Positions 1 through 12,850 of a stretch of DNA of 64,000 nt are shown here, one piece after another. Every line of letters begins with the position of its first letter. Position 1 is the first letter of the stretch. The stretch comes from Dimorphilus gyrociliatus (lineage: Eukaryota; Animalia; Annelida), in contig CAJFCJ010000019.1 of assembly GCA_904063045.1 (NCBI GenBank), positions 372,001 through 436,000 on the forward strand. Direction: 5' to 3'. Under the pieces are notes generated by a model that was not told where the DNA came from, did not search any database, and saw only the letters and a list, made by a program, of their open reading frames with translations. The position numbers were made by a program, and so were the translations under genes.

Positions 1-295
1 CGCCCGAGTGAAGCGCAAAAAAGACTACACAGCGCGCGACGCCGTCTACAAATCTACTGCAAGCAATCAATAAACGTTTGACGTCACAAGGTTGTGGTGG
101 GTAACGTTTTTCGGCTACACGCATACCCCACGAGTATTAGTTAGCTTTTGAGCTCTGCAAAGAAGCATTGCAGGTGTAGTGCTATTGCTATAAATATAAT
201 TTATATATAAAGTGGTAGTACTAGTAGCCTGCTGTGTTAGCACAGAGTTGTCCATCAAAAAGGGAAGTACTCATAAATAAATATCCATACTTGGA

Positions 296-731
296 TTAAA
301 ACGGAAGAACACTTCTAGAATCATTGTTCACACCACATAAAATACAGTCCATCTCATAAAATTGACATTCGTCACCGTATTCATCTTGATCCACCCAAAA
401 GACGTGCGTATGTTCAGCAATGATGTGCAAACAGTTTGGGCATTGATCTAGAAATTTTCGTTTAGCCTTCCTATGTGCCTTTTTTGTTAAGATATACTCA
501 CGAGTAAACTTTATCGTTTCCTCTCCATCTTCTTCTAGGACGCTTCTTCCTACCTCTACAGGCGGAAGTCTTTCGGAACATTGTCGGCAGGCTAAATAGT
601 TGAGAACATAGCATCCGGTATCTAGACAAATGCTCTGTGGATTTTGTTAAAAGGTCGTTATTCCATTTTATTAACGAATGATAAAAACTAACACGCTCGG
701 GTCTTATAACTTTGACGCAGTCAACACACAT
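296..731 (-). CDS. CHURC1: Churchill zinc-binding protein (3 exons)
   Basis: Spliced translation MCVDCVKVIRPER|SICLDTGCYVLNYLACRQCSERLPPVEVGRSVLEEDGEETIKFT|HQCPNCLHIIAEHTHVFWVDQDEYGDECQFYEMDCILCGVNNDSRSVLPF* matches the Churchill pattern (MCxDC, CxxC, EEDGEE, HxCxNCxHxIAxH, CxLCG). Introns are GT-AG. Confidence 0.9.
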
Positions 732-887
732 TTTCTAACTTTTTTCACGTCTGTATCCGCAAGACAATTTTTCGCATTATAAACTGGTAGAAGTTTACAA
801 CTAAACAACACTATCATGTGACTACTACTACCGCACTATTTTGGGATGTTGTTGGATGAATATTAGTCATTAATCCCCTTGATACTT

Positions 888-1607
888 ATGGTACCTATTG
901 CTCCTCCGCCACCCCCTCTTTTGAGTGGGTCTGCTGAAGGAGAGAGGGTCACCAAGGAGTCAAGTAATAACTGGTCCTACGAAAAGGATTTGAGAAGAGC
1001 AAACGATAGAATTTGGAGCTTTTTAGGCCCGAGCTATGACCTATCTGTTATAAAAACTAATTTTCGACTTCAGAATGGGCCTCAATGCGGCTTAGTCGTT
1101 TTGGAGCTGTGTTGTAATTTGGTGGGAAAAAATTTAAATGTCACTGTTGAAGAATTGTTAAGCGAAAGTCAACGCTTGGGTTTTACAAGATATGGTGAAC
1201 TTTTTTCGTGTTACAGCGCATATTCACTTGCAACAAACTATTTAAATCGCGACAGAGTTGAACTAGTGACTGAATTAACTCCTAACAAACAAGAGCAAAT
1301 GCTGAACGGTTTATTTGATAAACGCTGCGTTATTTTGTTTCCTTATGACAAAGGTCCAGATCATGGTCCTGTTATTCGTAAAGGACACTCAGCTCACTGG
1401 TGCTTACTGATTGGTGCTGCCAAGTCACAACGTGATTTATTGGTTCTAGTTAGGCAAGGTAAAAGTAAATGGATGGGTGTGTACAAATGGAATGATATGC
1501 TAGAGAGCAACAGGAATTTGGTAGAATCATCACCGACTCTGACTCGTGACTTTATTACGAAGCCATTTTGCCTAGCAAATACCGCGATTGTAATATATAC
1601 TGTATAA
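888..1607 (+). CDS. ACTMAP: Actin maturation protease (C19orf54/UPF0692 family), intronless
   Basis: Pro-rich N-terminus, QNGPQCGLVVL (catalytic Cys), LFPYDKGPDHGP and GHSAHWCLLIG (catalytic His). First ATG at 888; the ORF track starts at TTG 879. Confidence 0.85.
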   Translation: MVPIAPPPPPLLSGSAEGERVTKESSNNWSYEKDLRRANDRIWSFLGPSYDLSVIKTNFRLQNGPQCGLVVLELCCNLVGKNLNVTVEELLSESQRLGFTRYGELFSCYSAYSLATNYLNRDRVELVTELTPNKQEQMLNGLFDKRCVILFPYDKGPDHGPVIRKGHSAHWCLLIGAAKSQRDLLVLVRQGKSKWMGVYKWNDMLESNRNLVESSPTLTRDFITKPFCLANTAIVIYTV

Positions 1608-1910
1608 CTCATGATAAAAATACGTTATCAGACTGTATTAAACAATACACAAAAAAAGAGAAATGGTATACCAATAATAAACGAACATTCGTCGCTACCA
1701 GATACCCATACTACTATTTAAGACGCCTGTTAAAACGTAAAATCTCTTTCAGTGAATACAATATGCTGTTCATATGTTTTGGTTTACCTTGTACAATTAT
1801 AACATAAGCAACGATGCTGGAGTAGCAGCTAGGAACTTGAAAATTATATAAACAAAATACAAACGCTGAAACAAAATGTGATAAAATTTTCCAATTAATC
1901 ATATTATCTT

Positions 1911-4331
1911 TTATTGTGAAGGTGGTGGTCCAGGTGGGAGGCCAGGAGGAAGCGGTTCAGTAGGGGGCAATTGAATAGAATCTAAACTTTCCATTGGTTT
2001 TGCATCATCGGGGGTTGGAATTTGTTGCAAATCTATTTCACTAGATTTGATATCAACTTTCTTCTTTCTTTCTGTTTCTGACCTATCCCTACCTCTAGAT
2101 CTGCTGCGGGAGCTAGAATGACTGCCATTATTGCTAGAACTACTACTGTTACTGCTGCTACTGCTGGAAGAGCGACGTCTCTTATGGCTAGTATTGCGTG
2201 AATCACGTCGTGTTCTGGCTCTTACTGGGCTACGCGAGTGTCGGCGTCTAGGTTTTGATATGGGTGAGCGACGCCGTCTATAGTCAGAGGGTCTGTCATT
2301 ACGACTGTATTTATAATCATGACCTCGTCTGCTTTTCTCCTGTATATTGGGGCGATGCTTCATGCGATTTCTAATATCTCTGTCACTACTACGTCTTCTG
2401 CGCCTTTCCCCCCTATAGTCCTTTTTGTCTAAACTGCTATCCCTTCCCTTTTCTGGCCGTTTATGTGTATCAGGAGTGGATTTCTTAGACGATTTGAAAT
2501 CATTCCTCTGTTTAGACGTATCTTCATTTTCTTCCTTTTTATTATCCTTTATTTTGTCTGATGGTTCCTCTTCTTTAGTATCGGTTGCTGTTTTAACGTC
2601 GCTCTGAACTGTTGGTGTACTACTCTCCATATTCTCAACAACTTGATTTTCCTCTTGTGGGATAATTTTTTCACCAGTAATGACATTTTCACTTAAATCA
2701 ACATCTTTATCAAGTTGTTCAATCATTTGTTTATCTTTGCTTCCCTTAACACTTTTCTGATCATTATTATCAAAAATTTGCTCTCGTTCAGGACTTTGAT
2801 CAGACTCTGAACTACCAGAGGACGACCTAGACCTACGACTACGTATATGATGCTTACTACTACTAACGCTTGTACTTGTATTTTCCTTCATCGACTCACT
2901 GAACTTTTTATCTCTCGCAAGCGCGGCGTTTTGAATCTTCTCTAATTCGAGATTTAAAGCCTTTTTCCTTTTCTCAATATCAGCTAATTGAACAATATTT
3001 GATTACCTAACTGGTGAGAGCCGAAATTTTACTAACTCACCCTCTAGTAGATCTTCTGTTTCCTTCCTGAGCTTTTCAGACTCAGGAATATGAGACTTTG
3101 GGGCGTAAAAAATCTGTGGCTTAGCTTTCGTACGAATGAATTTTGTTAAGCGACGAGTTTCTCTTTCCCACAGCTCATGCTGTTTAATATTTGAATTGAA
3201 ATTAGGCACGAACATAAAGAGATAATTTACTTACGTTTTCCATTATTGATACTTTTAATTCGGCTGTTCGCAGTTCCCTTTGGCGAGTCTTTCTTTCTTG
3301 AAAAAGTTGTTCTCTCTCCTTACGCATCTCTTCTTTCTCAGCCTCTTCCTTTTTTTCCAATTTTTTCAAAAGCTCAGCTCTTTGTTCCTCCTTTGTACGA
3401 ACACAAAAACTGCAAATATTTTTCAGGAAAATAAACTATAAATACCTTTTCTTTATCTTTATTTTGATCTTTCTGAAATTTCTTTAGAGTTCCCAGCAGA
3501 GCACCAAACATCCGTTGATTTCTATTAACATATATATTTTAATAAAAGTTTGATAATTATAATAGAAAATCTTACCTAGCTTTATCCTTATTTAGAACTT
3601 GAACAATATCTTTCTTGGCTGGTCCTGTTGAAGGCGCAGCAACAACCGAAGATTGAACTTTTCTCTGAAGATAAAGTAGAAAGAATTATTATCCGCCTTC
3701 ATTTTAAATTGGGTTAGGATACCTTAACGTGAGCTTCGTCATCATCATCCTCATTATAATCTTCGTTTGCTTGTTGACGCATTCCTAATCTAGATCTTAC
3801 GCCTGCGGTCGAAGGTCTTGGGCCCAATCTGATTATTTTTGATCAAATCTATATCCCATAGGAGATTGATAAACACAACTTACCTATCAAAAGCACTCCC
3901 CATAGCACGTTTTTTTACGGGAGGTGCAGTATTTCCGTCATCATCTTGATTTCTCCTGGAATAAAAAATTTTCTTTCATAAATGTTCAGAACAAACAAAG
4001 CGAATTCTAACCTTGTTTGGAATTTTCTACCTACACCTGGACCGACTGTAACAATTCCACGTCTTCGGCGCTCCTCAGGTCGTAAAACTTCATCGGATCG
4101 ACTGTTTAGAATGCAGATGCAAATAATTTGTTTCGACTTTTTTGTGTACGGACACGCCGCATGAAGAAAACGTCGGAATACATTGGAAGTTTAGTAGTAA
4201 AATGGCACTTACTCATTACGCCTCTCTGATGGATCACGACCCGTCAATTTCTTTATATTAACATCCAAATCTCTAAGACTTTCTTTTGCTTTTATTAATT
4301 CTTCACGGAGAGACTGCGTTTCGACAGCCAT
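1911..4331 (-). CDS. PNN: Pinin (SDK3/memA), multi-exon
   Basis: Exon 1 MAVETQSLREELIKAKESLRDLDVNIKKLTGRDPSE matches the pinin N-terminus. The central exons include the pinin core (FIRTKAKPQIFYAPK). The last exon is an acidic plus RS-rich tail (ORF 1911..2891). Confidence 0.92.
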
Positions 4332-4425
4332 TTTGGAACGATCGAATTTACTAAGCGGAAACGGAAATGGGGAATCACTAACTCATTTCTAGCAGACGAA
4401 TTTTCAAAGTAATAACAAAGTTTCT

Positions 4426-5361
4426 ATGAAAAGTTTGTCAGCGATGGCCATTGGAAATGTAATTCTTCTTCTCCTAATTACTTTCTATTTAGTAATTTCA
4501 ATATTAAGTTTTTTCATCGTTGGAGCTTTGTTATCGAATCAATCATCATTTAACGGTCATTGCCTTTTATACGCCAATGGAGAATGGGAAAATACAACCA
4601 CACCTGAAGGATCTCACTTAATTAATATAGAATGGGGACAGACAAGTAATTGTTACTTTCCCATTGTTTCAAGTGTGTTAAATATTTTACTGAGCAGTGT
4701 CTTTGTCACTTGGCTCAGCGTTTGCATTTTCAGAAATCTAGACGTGTGAGTATATCAAATTACGGAATATCATAGATAATTATTATGAAAAAAATTACAA
4801 GCTATAGATTATTTGTTCAACAGATCATGGCTCTCAGCATTTACCTGTACAGTTACCAGTATGGTGTGTTCGTTATTCACTTTGATTTCCGGTTCCATAA
4901 CTACTGCTGGATTAAAAAAGTGGTGTGCCCTAATATCAACTAAACTGGGCAGGTAAATTAGAAATAGCTATTGTTTCATATTATTGTTTTAATTTGTTTT
5001 TATTAATTTTTTATATGAAATGTTGAATTTTAGATGCGAAATTGGAGATTACGTTAAATTTGCAGATGATGTTGATCCTTCAAATTCGCTCATTGAAATG
5101 GGGATATCAATTGTAAGTTAGCTCTCTTTTAGAGACAGATAAGCGTTATAAAACATTTCATATTTCCTTATCTTATATTTTTTTCATTAGTTTTGTTTGT
5201 GGGCAAACTGGCTCTTATGGATATTTGTCTGCACACTAGCTGCTATTAAACTATATTCTTATAATAAAGAAGAGAATTTTTTCACAAGTCTAAGAAGAGA
5301 AAGAGAGAGATTTGCCAGAAGCATTCCAGGGGCTAATCGTTATACAAATATCAAAGTTTAA
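4426..5361 (+). CDS. TMEM179: Transmembrane protein 179 family (4 exons)
   Basis: TM1 followed by FNGHCLLYANGEW...EWGQTSNCYF, further TM exons, and last exon ...FTSLRRERERFARSIPGANRYTNIKV*. Confidence 0.85.
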
Positions 5362-5896
5362 GAATGAACATGAAATGTTACACTTTCCATTGATATTGTC
5401 ATGTTTTGTCTTAAGACGTATTATATATTTTTTGCACACGTTTCACACTTTGTATGAAACTGTATCCACTTGATTCTTTTATGAACATCTGGCGACGTAA
5501 TACATTAACTAATTGAACTGTTTCTTAAACGACCGAAAGTCCTTTATTCTTATTTTCATAGTTCTCAAGTCCATAGTATTGTTAGAAAATTTCCATTTTT
5601 AGCGTGCAGCATAAATATCGTCTTTGAATTACTATTGTTGTCGGGAGAGCCCTTTGTTTCTCTTTTCACACTTTATACTTCTATTCACATTCTTCTGGGT
5701 AACTTCGACAACCAACGGTTAGAGTATCCCAACAGATATGGACTAATTTTAATTAAGCCTATTAATTGGCCTCATATGGCACTTTGTTTCCGCAGTGTCA
5801 TATTGCTCAGAAAATTTGTCAAAAATAAAGCAGAGTTGCAGACTTTAAACGTGTTTCTTTACAGTTTGTTAGGGCGAGAGAGGTTTATTTAGGATT

Positions 5897-7174
5897 ATGT
5901 TGGAATTATTTGGTGTTGAAGAAGAAAAAGTAGACAGTTTAGTTTTGGTAAGTTTATTAGAGATGTTTTTATTGTTTTCATTAATAGATGATAATGATAG
6001 CGATACTATTGATACAGTATAATGTGGTAGGAGTTAACTTTTGTAATTTGATAAAGATTTTTTTTTTACATTTTCTGCAAGTATGTTTAACTACAATCTA
6101 ATGGATATGCTGGTAAAAATTGTCCTTCATAAAAAGCTACGACCTTGTAATTCTATCTCTCCCCCTTACAGGTACCAACCAATTCTACTGCGGATTTTGA
6201 CGATTTGCAGTCCTACTTCCAACATAGCCAATCCTCATCAAACTCTTTAGCCGAACAAGAAGACGACGCTATCAAGCCGTATAAAGGTGGGAGAAAACGA
6301 CAGGAGCCGCCTCCAGTATTTGAATCAGAAGAAGATTTGAAGATATGGAAAAAAGAGCGTGTCAGAAAGGATAACCATAATAAAGGTTATAGAATATAGA
6401 ATTAACTATAAGGATTAAGAAGCAACGAATATAATACTTATTACAGTGGAAAGAAGACGGCGTTACAATATAAATGATCAAATAAAGGAATTAGGAAAAT
6501 TATTGACTGAAAATTATGACCAGTATATATTTATTCTATTTATAGTACTGTTACATAATCTATACTTATTAATAAATTAATGAATGTTTTGTTGTTCTTT
6601 TTTTTCCATTTTCTAATTTTATCTATTTTTATTATCTTTTCTTTTGTTTTCAATCACAGACCTGTTTGCGAGGCACGTTTAAATAAGGGAAACATACTCA
6701 AGGAATCAGTAGCATATATTCAAAAAATGAAAAGGAATCAAGAACGTATGGAAAATATCGAAGAACAGAATAGAATTATGGCGGCAACAAACCGAAAACT
6801 TTTACTAAAAATTCAGGTTCTTTTAAATTATTACTATTAAATTCTTTTCGTATTTTTCCTGTTAATCTTCATATCTTTTCCTTTTTTTTGCGCCCTCTAT
6901 ATGCCTCTTCTTATATTTTTCACTGTATCTGTCTATCTATTTTAATTTATCTACAATTTTATAACTTTCTTAGGGAATGGAAAAAGTTTTAAAAGCCCAC
7001 GGAATTCCTTGCATTGACGATGATTTAGACAATAGTGACTTATCTGATGAACTACTCGGACATGTGCCGCCATCTATCATTTGTAAATCAGAGAATTCCC
7101 CCACAAATGAATGCTCTTTAACATATTCAAATAATTTTGACAAGTTAAGTGTTTTAAGTAACTCAGTATTATAA
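5897..7174 (+). CDS. Mitf: MiT/TFE-family bHLH-Zip transcription factor (short form; alternative first exon at 6083)
   Basis: Spliced ERVRKDNHNK|VERRRRYNINDQIKELGKLL...RLNKGNILKESVAYIQKMK...NRKLLLKIQ|EMEKVLKAHG matches the MITF/TFEB basic-HLH-zipper. Two phase-0 candidate first exons (5897-5947 and 6083-6112) can join the acceptor at 6172. Confidence 0.88.
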
Positions 7175-7673
7175 ATTGTTACGCAATGAATTGGGAGGTG
7201 ACGTACGACATTATATTTACATGCAAAAAGTTATTAATACATCTAATTATTGATTTATCTAATCTAAAAATCGTCAATAAAACCGGTTATCTATCGCTTA
7301 TTACAAGAACGTTTTATTTATTTAAATAATCGGTGCCTTTTTAATGAGTATCGTATCATTTTTCGAAGCGGTTAATTGATTTGCAACAAACCGCAGCCAA
7401 CGTCGTAACCGGCTGTAAAGGAAGCATTTCGTACTTGATTTGTTCACAAGTTGAACCAAGTGGTCGTATAAAGTTCTTAATTGTTGCATATCTGAATGAT
7501 AAGAAGAGTGCTTTTTAACATCTATCAACTCCTATTCCAACGCCGAAAGAAGTAATTTAAAATCTTTACCGTGACATTACTATGGCTTGGTAAATGAACT
7601 AAGTTTTATAGGCCTGAAAAAGATTATTTGAACAAAAAGAATTTTGAATATTTTTATTGAATATTTACGGAAA

Positions 7674-10658
7674 ATGTCTAATTCACTGTCCGATCAAAAC
7701 TCACGTTCTTCACTACTCTCTTTCTACAAGTCTTCTTCAAGATTGAACTCAATAGACAATGATTTTAACCAATGGAATATTCAACCAAGACTAATTAGAA
7801 CGAAAAAATCTAAGGATAATAATAGTATACAAAAATCTGAAAGTGGTAATAAAGTAAGGCTTTTTATATAGTATTTTTAAAGAATTTCATATATTTGTCT
7901 TTTTAATCAAGAATATTAAAAATCTCTTCCGTAAAACTGCAACAACTGCACTTATTCTAATAAGGACAATGTATGAACATGACTTAAGGTTGTAAAAATA
8001 AAGCTGCAAAATTGCCAAGTTATAAGTAGTAAATAATTTCTTAATAGAGTTAATATTGAGGATGATCTAACTCCTTATATAAGTGATTTACACTTTTATG
8101 GAACAAAGGATTTACAATTCGAAAAAGGTATACCGAAAAGAATTAAAATGGTTAGGAGGCATGGGGAAATGGATTTTGATCCTAGAGATTACAAGGCTAA
8201 CAGACAAGTGCGTATAGGCCTTTAATTTTTATAACATTTATTAGTTTTACTATATTTACTAATATACTGTATATATATATAAAATATATCGTGTGTTTAT
8301 GTTTCGTTCATTCTGTATAATTATAATTAGTTAAGGATATCCGAACAACTAAGGCGAAGTTTGACAAAACCTGCAAATGAAAGGAATCAGGAAGAGATTC
8401 GCCAGGTATGAATATATTTTTTCTCTACTTTTTTTGTTTGCTAAGTAAAGAAAAGATGAAACGAAATTATTTACTTTTAATAGATTACTGTAGCCTTAAG
8501 GAATATAGAAACGTTTGGGGAATATCCTATTAGAATGCAAGAAAAGATTGCTGCAGTTGGAAATTACGAAAGGTAATTAAATCGGCCGTTAAGACAAACT
8601 AAGAGAAAATAATACAAACAATCTCTGTTGAAGGTATGAGGGTAAACGCGTAATACTTCGGCAGGGGCACCCTGCGCATGCTTTCTACTTTATATTATCC
8701 GGATGCGGTAAGTAATTTGTTGCTCAGTCTTCATTTAAATACCAAGGTGTAATTTTAAGTTCAATCAACCAGTAACATTTCCTTTTCCAGTCGTTGTCAT
8801 GGTAACCGACAAGGAATCCTCTTTTACAAAGCCGGTAGCTTATTTGCCTCGAGGAAAGAGTTTTGGAGTAAATTGAATATTTAATAAGCATACATCCGAT
8901 ATAATTATATTCTTTCATTACATATTGAAGGAATTAGCCATAATCAATCGAACAAGTAGGCAATCGAGTGTTATTGCTAAGGAGCCCGTCGAGTTATTAA
9001 GCATCTCCGTAGAAGATTTTAACAGAATATTTATGGATGGAGGTTCAAAAAACACCAACGATCCTGATCATTATAGATTTCTAAAGTAAGCGAAATTAAA
9101 TGACATATTTATTGGTCTTTTATTAATAATAAAGATTTTAAATCTTACAGGGAAATTTACTTTTTGAAGGGTTTTGATTTGATGATATTTAAAAACAATC
9201 CATCAAAATGCCTATTTCACTATTTCAAGTAATGAAAACATTAATTAACACTTTTATACACACGTATTGTAAATACATGCATATTTATATAGTATTTATA
9301 AATATGAGGTAATTACAAACAACTAATGATCTTTCTTAGACGAGGTGAAGTTTTGGTAAAAGACAGCAATTATTTTGATTGGTTGATTATAGTAAAATCG
9401 GTAAGTTAGAGTAATTTTTTTGCATATATATCTATAAGAAATTATTCATTGTTAGGGAAGTCTGCAAGTGATTAAAAAGCTTCGACGACCCTTCCGATTT
9501 TTGGACAAACGACATCAACAATGTAAAAACTCTATGTTTGATATATGACCATATAAATACTTATTAATATTCTCTATACTATATATATATAAATCGTATA
9601 TTTATACAAGTTTTTATTACGTAAGGGGTTTTTACGTTGAAATTAATTGCGCCACTTTTTATATAATAGTGCTGCAAGACTTTGAAAGAAAACGACAGAA
9701 GGAAAAGGAAGAGGAATTATTAAATCAGCAAAGACAACAAACTTTACCAGATTTAAGAATATCTCTTCTCTCTCCGGAATGCGTAAATAGTGAAAAAAAT
9801 GTCTCTTTATCCTTACCAAATATAACAAGTACGGATTTTAAAGATCAATCTCTAAAATCTTTTCTGGGTCGTTTTTCATCAAGAGAAAAGAAAAGACTAA
9901 TTGAAAACAGTGATAATAAACCGTATCTTTCACGAAGTTTGGCATCCTTTACCACTTCACCTAAAACGATAATCGGTTCTTCCTTCAATTTTCCGGAAGA
10001 CAAAGTGAAAGATTACAATGTGAAGAAAAAGGATAAAGAAGAAATAGACGACGGTTTGCACATTAACTATTTTACATTAACTATTTACATCAAATTATCC
10101 TTTCGACCTTAATAGATTTATCCAAGGTTAAACAGGAAGTTAGAACTATTGCAACTGATTTAGATTCTGCTTATAAAAACAAAAAGAAGGACGCCTGCGA
10201 AGCTGATATTGATCCTATATACGTAGAAATTCAAACATTAACAAAAGGCCAAGTTTTTGTAAGCTTTTTATATATTGATAATCGTCCGCCTCCCAACCTT
10301 TTATCGTCAATCTAATTACAATATCTTATTATTTATAGGGATTACAGCATTGCTTCCTAGACAATCAGCCATCTCTTTCCGTTGTGTCAAACGGTACGGA
10401 ATGCATACTCATTGATAAAAAGTTGTATAAAATGCAATTAACTACAAGTGGAATTGAAGAATTAAAATTAGAAGTAATTATATTTTTGTTTATCATTTGT
10501 TAATTGAATATCGTCAAATTTAATTCTCGTACTACCGATAGATGGCATCTTATCCGTCCGATGAATTCTTCCAGCGGCTTATTGACGACAGAGCAGAATG
10601 GCAAGCTTATCGCTTGAAGGCTTTAAAGAACACTTTAAAGTGTCTAAGTTTAAATTAG
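7674..10658 (+). CDS. Cyclic nucleotide-binding domain protein, CNBD2-like (many short exons, two cNMP domains)
   Basis: Exons translate to ...FGEYPIRMQEKIAAVG, YEGKRVILRQGHPAHAFYFILSG, LPRGKSFG|ELAIINRTSRQSSV, RGEVLVKDSNYFDWLIIVKS, LTKGQVF|GLQHC..., and last exon ...EWQAYRLKALKNTLKCLSLN*. Confidence 0.75.
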
Positions 10659-11748
10659 AAACTAGAAACATGACTTTTCTTTTTAAATAAATGAAAAATT
10701 TGTCAGTAGCAATTTAAATTCTTACACGTGCACAAACGATTAATTACAGATTGAAGGCCGAAAGCTAGCTGATCAGAGTGACGTCATAACATAAATCATC
10801 ACGATTCCACCTTCAGCTGTTGTTTGCTCTCACACCTTCCAGCAGACGAGCGCACGCGGATGAAATTTATATCAGACTGCAAACTCGTTTATCCAGTTTG
10901 CATCTGCCATAGGCGATAGATCAGTTTGGCTCGTTTTGCTGATAAAGTGCTTACAGAACGTAAGGTTGTTCCAACGATACTGCCAGCCTTTTTCGATGAG
11001 CCGTTATCTTCGGCAATCGCTAAGTTATATTATAGCCAGTAGATAACAAACTATTTGTTTCTAATAACCCTTCATGTATCAGTACCATTTTATATTTATA
11101 TGTGTATTGCAATACTATAGGGTGATAGATTGTAGATTATTTCTAAATAATAACCTAATTTATACATGCCGCAAATTTACTACTGCTTATCGTAGGACTA
11201 TGTAAATAGAAGCGTATAATTCTAAGCATACTTTGGCCGCATCGAACAACTTGCAGAAATGAGCGGAATTCGACCGGTTGCAGTCGGCAAAACTTGACGT
11301 GCAGCTCTTCAACAGGTTATGAAAAATTCGCCCCAAGTTTTCCAGTTGTTGCTTTTACTCTTCACTGACTACTGCATTAGACGTTGATGGTTTCTGTGAT
11401 ATCTTTATAGACAGAAAATACTCGCCTATTTCGTTTTGCCTGTTTTCATCCATTCTAAAAACTTTCTTTAGTGAAGGATTTATCGACATTAAATATAAAA
11501 TCATTCCTATTTACAAAACGGAATTATCACTTAATAGTTTCCTTTTTAAAAGTGCAAACAAGCGAGAAAAATTGGTGAATAAAAAGCGAGAAAAAACAAT
11601 AAGCGACCCGTAAAGGGAACAAAGCTGTAGAGAGGAGAGCGCTGATTGGTTGGTAACTGGTCGTCAATCATGGATTAGCAATCGGGCTCCGCCTACATTT
11701 GATGCTTTGGCACCGGCTAACAGGCGGAGACGGCTGGCATAAAGGAGA

Positions 11749-12693
11749 ATGAGCTGTTTGGATGTAATGTATCAACCGTATTCGGCTTATTTGCCTTCCT
11801 ACCGTAATACAGACGAATTGTTCAAGGTAATTAACGCTTTATCGCCTGTTTATGCGAGAAAAATTCCATTCGACCGACACTGTTTTGCAGAAATATGCCA
11901 ACCACGCTCGTTATGACGCATTGCAGCCAAAAGTCGAAGTGGATAATTCAAGCGGAGAACAGGCCCAAAGTACAGTCTATCTAAGTTCGAATTGCGTTGT
12001 TTATTCATACTTTTCCGGAGATGCTTCTGCAGTCGTGGATGAGCATTTTAATAGAGCCTTAAGTCAACCATCATTTTCTCCAGAACATCCTGGTAATAAG
12101 CCTGGACAGCCGTGGAAAGGTATTAATTGATTTATTTATGCTTGTAACAAAAGAGCTTTCTTTTCATCGCCATACAATTACGTAATAGCGAAACGTAAAG
12201 AATTATGAATGTTTTTATCGAGTGTCGCATTGTTTGTTGTGTTTTTTTGCATCGCTTGACTATAATTCTAGATGTGACGCCCTTCCCAACGCATCGTTCT
12301 TGCTTGACGTCGACGCTTTGGCAGACGCCGCCCGCTCAATACATGCAGCAGGACGTCGCCGACAGTTACTTGACCGCTCCGACTTTCCTTCAACATTCTC
12401 ATACGCAGCAAGATAGCAGTGCCTCTTGGCTGCAGCACTACTCTTTACCTCATTACTATACTCGGCTGCACTATCCAGCCCTGCATCATCATAGACCAGC
12501 ACCGCCGCCAACACCCTGCTGGCAGAATTATGATACACAAACGCGTAAGTGTTTTTTAGACTTTTCCATTTTATCGGATAATTTATTCATTTCCTTGCTT
12601 CCAACAGCCGCTCTCCAGTCACCGCCCACTAATACAGCAAACCCCTGTCCTCTACCTTCAGAGACGAAAAGGGAAAATTATTATTGGATATAA
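11749..12693 (+). CDS. vg: Vestigial / VGLL1-3 family TEAD co-activator (4 exons)
   Basis: N-terminus MSCLDVMYQPY, Tondu domain SNCVVYSYFSGDASAVVDEHFNRALS, His/Pro-rich C-terminal half, and terminal YYWI*. Confidence 0.92.
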
Positions 12694-12776
12694 ATAAACA
12701 GTACCAGTGTATAATCAACAATACGGACGTATATATTATGAGAATTAATATATACGAATCATATTGTAATTGTGGC

Positions 12777-12807
<31 letters not shown>

Positions 12808-12813
12808 TATACA

Positions 12814-12847
<34 letters not shown>
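12777..12847. repeat. (AT)n microsatellite, interrupted, 3' of vestigial
   Basis: Direct reading. Further (AT)n tracts lie at about 13024-13049 and 13674-13696. Confidence 0.95.

Positions 12848-12850
<3 letters not shown>

Noticed and set aside
10535-10548. CTCF-like CCGATAGATGGCAT
   Set aside because: Explained by a splice acceptor AG followed by ATG GCA codons of the last CNBD2-like exon.
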